Shown one piece after another: positions 57,736 through 64,000 of a stretch of 64,000 nt of DNA. Positions within the stretch are counted from its first letter, which is position 1. The number at the start of each line of letters is the position of its first letter. The stretch spans positions 59,502 to 123,501 of the forward strand of contig QZIT01000005.1 in the NCBI GenBank assembly GCA_003599145.1, given 5' to 3'. Both the position numbers and the translations under genes were made by a program. The notes below the pieces were generated by a model. The model was not told the DNA's origin. It ran no database searches and saw only the letters and a program-made list of their open reading frames with translations. Source of the stretch: Candidatus Woesearchaeota archaeon (GTDB lineage: Archaea > Nanobdellota > Nanobdellia > Woesearchaeales > UBA9642).

Positions 57736-58137
57736 TTAAAGTTTAAACCTTGGAATCTTTATAGGCCGTATTTTGATTGGTTTGATTCCAAAAGGATTTG
57801 AAGGTTTTCTTTTTTTCTTTGTCACTCTTTTTCGAGTTTTTGTCTTGATTCCTAATGTCTTTTGAATTTTACGCAAACCTCCGCTTCCTTTCAATCTATT
57901 ACATTCTTTATGAGCTAAAGCCAGTGTCTTTCCTCCTTTTGAATATGCTTTTGTGTGGTCTAACTCTAAATCGGACAGTTTAGCAATTTTAGAACGGCAT
58001 ATGCTACAGGTTCTCCCATAAGTTTTGGGTCGTTCCCAAATGTATATTCTTCTTGCAGGTGTTAGTGTTTCTCTCTTCTTTTTCGCAGGTCCGAGACCGA
58101 AATTCACGGGTTTAATACCGAACGGGTTTTGTGCCAT
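57736..58137 (-). CDS. HNH endonuclease with NPFGIKP motifs at both termini
   Basis: CSICRSKIAKLSDLELDHTKAYSKGGKTLALAHKECNRLKG (HNH/beta-beta-alpha-Me). N-terminus MAQNPFGIKPVNF and C-terminus KPSNPFGIKPIKIRPIKIP. Confidence 0.7.
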   Translation of the reverse strand: MAQNPFGIKPVNFGLGPAKKKRETLTPARRIYIWERPKTYGRTCSICRSKIAKLSDLELDHTKAYSKGGKTLALAHKECNRLKGSGGLRKIQKTLGIKTKTRKRVTKKKRKPSNPFGIKPIKIRPIKIPRFKL

Positions 58138-58321
58138 AATAAGTTCACCTCAATACGTAATTCTGACATTAATAATATTTAAATCTATTGAAAAATTAAA
58201 TTATTTTTTCGTATTCCTCTTCTTTAACTATTTTAAGTTTATTTGAAACGTATCTATCTTTTTCTTATTTATTTTCTCGTTGATAAAACATAGAAAAAAC
58301 TTCAGTAGTAATCCAATAACC

Positions 58322-59056
58322 CTAAACTGCTTTAGCAAGTTGTATTTCTATTTCTCCAAAATGCTCTTGCTGCAATAAATCTATTTTTCTCTGCGTGTCT
58401 AAATGCAATAAGGGAATAAAGGTCATGACTTTGTCTTTTGGTTTATCACTTGGTATCAATTGGTCAAAAGTCAATTTCATGGTTGTTTTTTTGGAGAAAA
58501 ATGAAGTAATTTTGCTATAGACTGTTTTCATGACCTGCTGCATATCGACGGTTCGTTCAGGAACCGTTACTTTCTGGCTTTCTTTTACTACAGGAACTCT
58601 TCTGTTTTCTACTTCAAGCGCTTTTTCCAGTGCATTAACCAAATCGTAAACAGAAACTTTTCTTTTTCGTGGCTGTGGTGTTCGTGGGAATAATTTAGGC
58701 AATGCATCTCGTTCAACAGTTTCTTCTGCTGTTTCCAGTAAATCAACTTCTTCTGTTCCTGCAATCAATTGATCTAAAGCAGCAATGTCCTCGTCAATGA
58801 ATCTATTTGATTTTATTCTCAGCAAAATTGCAGCTGCAAGAACCATTTTTCCCGAAATTCTAAAATCAAGGTTTTTCAGTTTGGTAAGCATTTCAAGAAA
58901 TTTTTGAGAAAGCAATGAAACATTAATATCCCACGGGTTCATCTGTTCTTTTGCAACCAAATCGTAAATAATGGTCTGCCAAGTAATCTCATCCTCCTTG
59001 AAGAGAATGTTAAAAATAGTGTCTTGGTGATTTTTGCTCAGGGTGATTGCTTCCAT
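58322..59056 (-). CDS. scpA: Segregation and condensation protein A (ScpA kleisin)
   Basis: TWQTIIYDLVAKEQMNPWDINVSLLSQKFLEMLTKLKNLDFRISGKMVLAAAILLRIKS plus a C-terminal winged-helix region (LIPLLHLDTQRKIDLLQ). Confidence 0.7.
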   Translation of the reverse strand: MEAITLSKNHQDTIFNILFKEDEITWQTIIYDLVAKEQMNPWDINVSLLSQKFLEMLTKLKNLDFRISGKMVLAAAILLRIKSNRFIDEDIAALDQLIAGTEEVDLLETAEETVERDALPKLFPRTPQPRKRKVSVYDLVNALEKALEVENRRVPVVKESQKVTVPERTVDMQQVMKTVYSKITSFFSKKTTMKLTFDQLIPSDKPKDKVMTFIPLLHLDTQRKIDLLQQEHFGEIEIQLAKAV

Positions 59057-59232
59057 GTTACCTAAAATGTATACTCGTATACTAAGAGTATCGCTATTGT
59101 GTTAATATGTAATAAACTAGCTTGCTTAAATACTTTGTGGTGTCGTGTCCAGTACACATTATTTTCCATATAGAAAAAATATGAAAAACAATAAGTTTAT
59201 AAAGGGGTATATCTAAGGAATCAGATATTCAA

Positions 59233-59424
59233 ATGGCAAAGAAAGACGAGCCACGTTATCACACGTGTTATTCTGGGGGCAAATCAGTTGGCATAGTATT
59301 CATTATTCTTGGCATTTTAATGCTACTGCAAAATTTGGGCGTTATCAGCTTTTTCAAAGTAAGCGGATGGACAATTATTTTATTGGTCATAGGCGCATGG
59401 CTGGTATCTAAAAAAGAATGCTGA
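59233..59424 (+). CDS. Small two-TM membrane protein (63 aa)
   Basis: Two hydrophobic segments (GIVFIILGILMLLQNLGVISF; WTIILLVIGAWLV). TATA box at about 59196. Confidence 0.45.
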   Translation: MAKKDEPRYHTCYSGGKSVGIVFIILGILMLLQNLGVISFFKVSGWTIILLVIGAWLVSKKEC

Positions 59425-59493
59425 TTTTTCTCTTAAAAAAGAAAAAAATAAAACAATAAACTATATAAAAGAATAGCTTGTTCTTTGGAGAGA

Positions 59494-59594
59494 GGGCCTG
59501 TGGTCTAGTGGTTAAGAAAATCCACAAATGACGTCACCTTTACACGGTGAAGGTCGCCAGTTCAAACTACGCTATGAAAATCTGGCCAGGCCCA
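59494..59594 (+). tRNA. tRNA-Val (TAC) with two non-canonical introns
   Basis: Exons: gggcctg-tg-gtct-agtggtta-aga[14 nt]c-g-tcacc-tTTACAc-ggtga-aggtc-gccag-ttcaaa[14 nt]t-ctggc-caggccc-a. Inserts lie at about 59518-59531 (D-stem 3' strand) and 59567-59580 (T-loop). Confidence 0.75.
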
Positions 59595-59595
59595 C

Positions 59596-59666
59596 GCGGC
59601 AGTGGTTCAATGGTAGAATACGAGCTTGCCAAGCTTGTGACCCGAGTCCGATTCTCGGCTGCCGCA
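59596..59666 (+). tRNA. tRNA-Gly (GCC), intron-less, 1 nt downstream of tRNA-Val
   Basis: gcggcag-tg-gttc-aatggta-gaat-a-cgagc-tTGCCAa-gcttg-tgac-ccgag-tccgatt-ctcgg-ctgccgc-a. Confidence 0.85.
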
Positions 59667-59698
59667 TTTTAAGGTGTTTTTATGGATCATAATCTTGA

Positions 59699-59911
59699 AG
59701 AATTAATGAATTTTCAAAAAACAGTTATAGAGATATTTTAGAAGACCATAAGAGAGAAGAAGAAAACTATTTTCCGACTCAACTGGAAAAAACACTACAG
59801 CAAGTATATCAAAAATCTGCAAGGGAAATTCACGACGCCATTAAACAGGATATTCTTTCATATGGAAAACAGGAAGACGATATTACGTTTGTGGTGATAA
59901 AGAAATCATAG
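59699..59911 (+). pseudogene. Start-less ORF fragment resembling the C-terminal end of a PP2C/SpoIIE-type phosphatase
   Basis: The frame open from 59699 has no ATG and reads ...SAREIHDAIKQDILSYGKQEDDITFVVIKKS*. The ...Q-x-DD-I-T-x-V-V-I-K ending is typical of SpoIIE-domain C-termini. Confidence 0.3.
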
Positions 59912-59961
59912 CGTTCTTTTTCCGTAACTTATTTAAATAAAGTTCTGGTTCTTAGAAGCAT

Positions 59962-60083
59962 GTGCCCATAGCTCAGCCTGGTTAGACCATTCGGGCAGAA
60001 AGCGCCGGTCTTATATGACACGTTTTCGAAGAGAGCCGGAGGTCCGGAGTTCAAAGGCAATACTGAAAATCTCCGTGGGCACA
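59962..60083 (+). tRNA. tRNA-Ile (anticodon TAT) with three introns
   Basis: Exons: gtgccca-ta-gctc-agcctggtta-ga[15 nt]gc-g-ccggt-cTTATa[18 nt]a-gccgg-aggtc-cggag-ttcaaa[14 nt]t-ctccg-tgggcac-a. Inserts lie at about 59987-60001 (D-stem), 60016-60033 (canonical 37/38) and 60056-60069 (T-loop). Confidence 0.7.
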
Positions 60084-60148
60084 TTTTATTTACTTTTTAG
60101 TGGTGAAAAAACGCAATCTTTTTAAATATCTAGAAAGTTTTCAAGAGC

Positions 60149-61066
60149 ATGACGCTTGAGGATATGTTTACAGCAATCAAAAAAAGAATTTCTAGAAATA
60201 ATAGCAGTCCAGCAAAATATGATGTTGAGAGGGCAATAAGCTGGGAATGCTGGAAGCATTATAGAAACAGATGGAAACAGTATGCTGCAATGTGGAATGC
60301 GAATCATAAAATGTACACGGTTACAGGAGGCTTGGCATATTCTGAATCAGACTTTCCAAAAGTTTCTGTCGATGCACGAGGCAATGGGCACTTAGAAAAA
60401 TCGTTTTTCTATCAATGGAAAAATGCAGCAATCACGCTGAGAGTAACAAAAGACGGACCTGGCATTGTTCAAACAATTTTTGAAGATGGCGTTTTTGAAA
60501 GAGACTTCGGACCATATCACATGAGTCCATTGCAAAAGCTGGGAGCATATTTGATTTGGTATGGCTTGCAAAACCCAGAAACAAAACAGCAGATAGGCAA
60601 CATGATGCAAGCAAACCTTGAAAAACCTCATACCGAAATAGGGGGTTATGTAAGATTACAGGCGTTAGAAGGAAAAGTTGCGGTAGTTTTCTTAGAAAGG
60701 CCTAATTTGTCTCAAGGCCACAGTTTTGGTTTTAGCGTTCGTGAATTAACCTATCTTGAAAATTTTGCATCGTTTCATTTGCATGCAGTCCAGGAAGACT
60801 GTTCAAAATGGCTAGGCCCTAGCGGCTTTGATGAAAACCCTGTAGAAAGATACTGGGAAAATTCAGACGTTGCGTTTGCTTATAGGCATGCAAAAGAATT
60901 TACCGAATGCAGAGCTGTTGTTGTTACAAAGCTTCCTGGAAAAAAGTTTGCAGCGCATTATTTTTGCACTGACTCAACGCCGTTTAATGAGTCTCGCACA
61001 ATGCTTGGAGCAAAGCTTATCAATGGTCTCGACTCAATACCATTAGGAGTCTATTCTTACGAATAA
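60149..61066 (+). CDS. Hypothetical protein (305 aa)
   Basis: Long ATG ORF with no secure motif (see rejected JAB/MPN idea). Confidence 0.5.
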   Translation: MTLEDMFTAIKKRISRNNSSPAKYDVERAISWECWKHYRNRWKQYAAMWNANHKMYTVTGGLAYSESDFPKVSVDARGNGHLEKSFFYQWKNAAITLRVTKDGPGIVQTIFEDGVFERDFGPYHMSPLQKLGAYLIWYGLQNPETKQQIGNMMQANLEKPHTEIGGYVRLQALEGKVAVVFLERPNLSQGHSFGFSVRELTYLENFASFHLHAVQEDCSKWLGPSGFDENPVERYWENSDVAFAYRHAKEFTECRAVVVTKLPGKKFAAHYFCTDSTPFNESRTMLGAKLINGLDSIPLGVYSYE

Positions 61067-61109
61067 TTATAGCAACATTTAAAAATACCCTGTTTTTCCA
61101 TTGAAGTAA

Positions 61110-61286
61110 GCTCCGGTGGTGTAGTCCGGCCAATCATCTCGGATTTTCGAGTTACTGAGAGTTTCTCAGAGCAAAAACATCCGAGGACACGGGTTCGAAA
61201 GAGATTTTCGCAGAAAATCTCGCTAAAGGCAGGCGACATTCGCTTCGCGAAGTCCCCTAAAGCAAACGAAAATCCCGTCCGGAGCA
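61110..61286 (+). tRNA. tRNA-Glu (TTC) with two introns, one ~73 nt in the T-loop
   Basis: Exons: gctccgg-tg-gtgtagtccggccaatcat-c-tcgga-tTTTCGa[~29 nt]tccga-ggac-acggg-ttcgaa[~73 nt]t-cccgt-ccggagc-a. The 5' half is identical to typical archaeal tRNA-Glu. Inserts lie at about 61151-61179 and 61200-61272. Confidence 0.75.
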
Positions 61287-61295
61287 CTTTTTACT

Positions 61296-62390
61296 ATGAA
61301 AAAAAACATTTTTTTTCTTATTGCATTTGTTCTTCTGTTCGTGGGTTATGATACCCTGCAGCAATATTTTGCCGCTTTTTTTCATACGCAAAACATAACC
61401 ACCATTTCATTCATTGCCATAGGCATCATCTATTTCTTTTTCGGAGCATTCAGCATGCTTGCTCCAACGATATGTGAAAAAATAGGAATAAAGAAAGCGT
61501 TATTTTTCTCATCGCTGCTTTATCCTTTGTTCATTCTTGCGGTTATGACTAAAAAACCCGTATTTGTTTTTATTGCTTCTGGACTGCTAGGAATAGCAGC
61601 CGCAATACTGTGGACAGCAAACGGACTGTTTATAACAAAAACAACAACAGAGAAAAACAGAGGTTCATACACTGGTTTATTATTCTCTTTAATGCCTTTG
61701 GGAACAACCATCATGACTTTTATTATCAGCTTTTTTATTGAAAAAGTGAATTTTATTTTAATAAGCGCAGGGTTATTTATAGTATCTCTTGCAGGTTCTC
61801 TTGTCTTTTTGTTTATCAAAGACATAAAAACAGAGCATGTTAATCTCAAGCTTAACAAAAAAATCATCAGAAAAATGATGTATTTTTTTCCTTATGTTTT
61901 TGCAACTGCATTTATCTTTGGAACCATCATAACAAAAATTCCTGTAAGGATAACTGATTTATTTGGATTGCAAAGCGTCGGGTTATTATTAAGCGTTTAT
62001 ATCTTTTCAACAGTGATTTTTCCTTTTTTGCTTGGAAAAGCAGTTGACAAATTTAATAAAAAAATCTGTCTTATCTTGGGAACAATAGCAGGCATTGCGG
62101 GATTCATACTCTTTCTGTTTCCCTTGTGGATAACCTTTGCCTTTGGTTTGTTGTTTATGGGCATCAGCTATGCCCTGCTCGTCGTTATCAGCTATCCTAT
62201 GATTATGGAGCTTTTTCCAAAACATGCATCTTCAGGCATCGCCTTGCGATGGGTAATGCAGAGCTTTGCAGTGATTTTTGCAGTTATTCTTGCAATTACT
62301 GTTTCCTTTCAGATAATGATTTACATAGGAATAATCTTATTGATTATCAGCCTGTTAACCTTAAGAATTTTTAAAAACAACATCCAGTAA
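61296..62390 (+). CDS. MFS-type transporter (polytopic membrane protein)
   Basis: About 11-12 predicted hydrophobic helices in 364 aa with short basic loops. No substrate call possible. Confidence 0.55.
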   Translation: MKKNIFFLIAFVLLFVGYDTLQQYFAAFFHTQNITTISFIAIGIIYFFFGAFSMLAPTICEKIGIKKALFFSSLLYPLFILAVMTKKPVFVFIASGLLGIAAAILWTANGLFITKTTTEKNRGSYTGLLFSLMPLGTTIMTFIISFFIEKVNFILISAGLFIVSLAGSLVFLFIKDIKTEHVNLKLNKKIIRKMMYFFPYVFATAFIFGTIITKIPVRITDLFGLQSVGLLLSVYIFSTVIFPFLLGKAVDKFNKKICLILGTIAGIAGFILFLFPLWITFAFGLLFMGISYALLVVISYPMIMELFPKHASSGIALRWVMQSFAVIFAVILAITVSFQIMIYIGIILLIISLLTLRIFKNNIQ

Positions 62391-63617
62391 GCACATATAG
62401 GCCCTGCTTTCAGGAGAAAGGTCTGCCATGGTTTCTGTTATGTTTACCTGTCTTTCAACAGCATCAACAACATTGAGAACTTCTGCAATCCTGTTTCTAT
62501 CTCCGCCAATAGCAACAGCTTTGGGAAGTACCTTTCCTTCAACGAGTTTGTCAAGCCTGACAGCAACGCCATGTTCAGGGTCTTTTGCGTAAGCAGCTTG
62601 TGCACTGTACAAATCAGATATACTTGCCCATACTGCAGCTCGTCTATGATAAGGCGAACGTGCTTCTAAATCTAGTGTTTTTAGTCTGTCTGCAACACTA
62701 TGAGGATCTTTATCGAATCTCCACTTTTGTTTTGGTCTTACCGCAACATCCAAAACAGGATAGTTGAGTATTCTTTTCTGAAAGAAAGCTACTATAGCAC
62801 TAGAAGTTTTTCTATCAAAACCTGATAATCTTAATTCCTCTTTATGTTTTCCAAGCTCTGCAATAAACGCTTCAAAAATAGGCATGGCGTCATTAAGCTG
62901 TACTGCTTCCAAATCTACTAAAAAAGGCATAACAGGACTTGGTTGTTTTCCATCAAGCGTTTTTCCTGCATACTCAGACTCTTTTGCAAGCGCCTGAACC
63001 ATGTCATAAGGAGTTGCAAATCCTCGCAACATCGCAAGATATGTTTTTCTTAATTCATCGCCTTGGGTTACTATTCCTGCAATTCTATTTCCTAATGCAT
63101 CTTGAACCATTCCCAAAGGGTGTTTTGATTTCACTTTGGAACCATAATCTTCTCTGTGTTCATAAGAGCTATTGACTCCTGCCTGTAATAAAACGCAATC
63201 ACATCTTGCAGAGTGCAGTAAAGCGATTTGGCCATGCGCAAAATCAAATTCTGGCAACATGACAATAGGCGCAGGTTTAATTCCTGCCTTCACCATGCTT
63301 TCTAAACCATAGTTAAGTTGTCTATCAAGATTTTCAGGATGCATAGATGGCAATGCATGGCTATACATGCCTGCAGTAAATGAAAATAAAGGGTCATTTG
63401 CTATAGCTCTGACAAAAGAAGGATTTACCAGGTTCCAAATATCAAAATCCAATCCCTGCGCAGATAAAACAACAGGCGTTTGTGCTTCTTTGACTGCACC
63501 TATCATGGTATCATAATCATTGCCTCTCTGAATACTTCTCAGTTGAGTAGCTCTTGGAACATCAGAATGGTCTGTATTAGCATACAGAATAAAGACTGTC
63601 TTTGCAGGTTCTGCCAT
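62361..63617 (-). CDS. Hypothetical enzyme, weakly GH57-like
   Basis: FTAGMYSHALPSM resembles the GH57 (T/G)-P-Y-x-H-x-I-L-P-L region. The N-terminal beta-strand VFILYANTDHSD is only loosely like the GH57 HQP motif. Confidence 0.3.
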   Translation of the reverse strand: MAEPAKTVFILYANTDHSDVPRATQLRSIQRGNDYDTMIGAVKEAQTPVVLSAQGLDFDIWNLVNPSFVRAIANDPLFSFTAGMYSHALPSMHPENLDRQLNYGLESMVKAGIKPAPIVMLPEFDFAHGQIALLHSARCDCVLLQAGVNSSYEHREDYGSKVKSKHPLGMVQDALGNRIAGIVTQGDELRKTYLAMLRGFATPYDMVQALAKESEYAGKTLDGKQPSPVMPFLVDLEAVQLNDAMPIFEAFIAELGKHKEELRLSGFDRKTSSAIVAFFQKRILNYPVLDVAVRPKQKWRFDKDPHSVADRLKTLDLEARSPYHRRAAVWASISDLYSAQAAYAKDPEHGVAVRLDKLVEGKVLPKAVAIGGDRNRIAEVLNVVDAVERQVNITETMADLSPESRAYMCLLDVVFKNS

Positions 63618-63792
63618 AATTTATGAAACAGCAACTCATTTATAAAGTTTACTAATTTCACTACTAACAAGGAATGATTGTATTTCCGATTCAGAATACC
63701 AAAGCTTTATAAACCACTGCCTCTTTCTCTACAACAGAATAACATAGCAAAAATTTTAAGTTTTTGTGTGTGTTATAGAGGAGGAAAATAGA

Positions 63793-64000
63793 ATGGATGA
63801 AGAAAGACGCGGTGGTGGCGGATTTAGAAGCAGACCACGAGAATTTAACAAAGGCGGAAGTGGCGGCGGCGGATTTAGAAGAGATTTCGGCCCAAGAGAA
63901 ATGCACAAGGCAACGTGTTCTGAATGCGGACAGGAATGTGAAGTTCCTTTTAAGCCAGCAGAAGGAAAACCAGTCTTTTGCAAAGATTGCTATAGAAATA
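63793..64000 (+). CDS. RGG-rich CxxC-x17-CxxC zinc-ribbon protein (3' end runs off the window)
   Basis: Manual translation: MDEERRGGGGFRSRPREFNKGGSGGGGFRRDFGPREMHKATCSECGQECEVPFKPAEGKPVFCKDCYRN... This is the archaeal/bacterial CxxC_CxxC_SSSS-type motif preceded by RGG repeats. Confidence 0.65.
   Translation, partial: MDEERRGGGGFRSRPREFNKGGSGGGGFRRDFGPREMHKATCSECGQECEVPFKPAEGKPVFCKDCYRN

Noticed and set aside
60149-61066. JAB/MPN (JAMM) metalloprotease motif in the 305-aa protein (EIGGYV ... HLH ... SGFD)
   Set aside because: The spacing between H-x-H and S-x-x-D is 12 residues instead of the canonical 7, and the rest of the motif context is weak. The gene is kept as a hypothetical protein.
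61200-61272. C/D-box sRNA inside the large tRNA-Glu intron
   Set aside because: No RUGAUGA (C box) or properly placed CUGA (D box) motifs were found in the insert.
61057-61287. 76-aa minus-strand ORF
   Set aside because: It coincides with the intron-containing tRNA-Glu gene on the opposite strand and has no independent coding evidence.

Overview
Low-GC archaeal chromosome segment, probably from a small-genome DPANN-type archaeon. This lineage call is an inference from archaeal information-processing genes, archaeal 16S/23S, A/T-rich TATA promoters placed for leaderless mRNAs, and intron-rich tRNAs. Core content: a K+ channel; a five-gene translationally coupled operon of type IV pilin-like (class III signal peptide) proteins including a 1277-aa vWA protein (1655-8366); the conserved L44e-S27e-aIF2alpha-Nop10-PAC2 cluster (Nop10 is absent from the ORF track); L15e; an SLT-type lytic transglycosylase; an S-layer protein; Gins51; an HPF/S30AE-like protein; L41e (33 aa, absent from the track); a 16S-tRNAAla-23S operon without 5S, with a ~101-nt insertion in the 16S; EF-1alpha-S10; ScpA; TrmB. 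Of seven tRNAs, five carry 1-3 introns, mostly at non-canonical positions, including a tRNA-Ile with anticodon UAU. Accessory content: an A/T-richer ~18-kb integrated element (about 20.1-37.9 kb, ends not resolved). It carries an MCM-like AAA+ replication module, three ribbon-helix-helix (RHH) proteins, a complete type I R-M system, a Zn-ribbon/PD-(D/E)xK protein, a serine recombinase and a 588-aa tyrosine integrase. The best candidate for an undescribed system is a 618-aa protein (27436-29292). Its C-terminus matches the FokI cleavage domain motif by motif and its ~465-aa N-terminus is unrecognisable. It sits with an RHH protein between hsdR and hsdS-hsdM and appears co-transcribed and translationally coupled with hsdS/hsdM. 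All calls come from reading the sequence and translations by eye; no database search or folding program was run.
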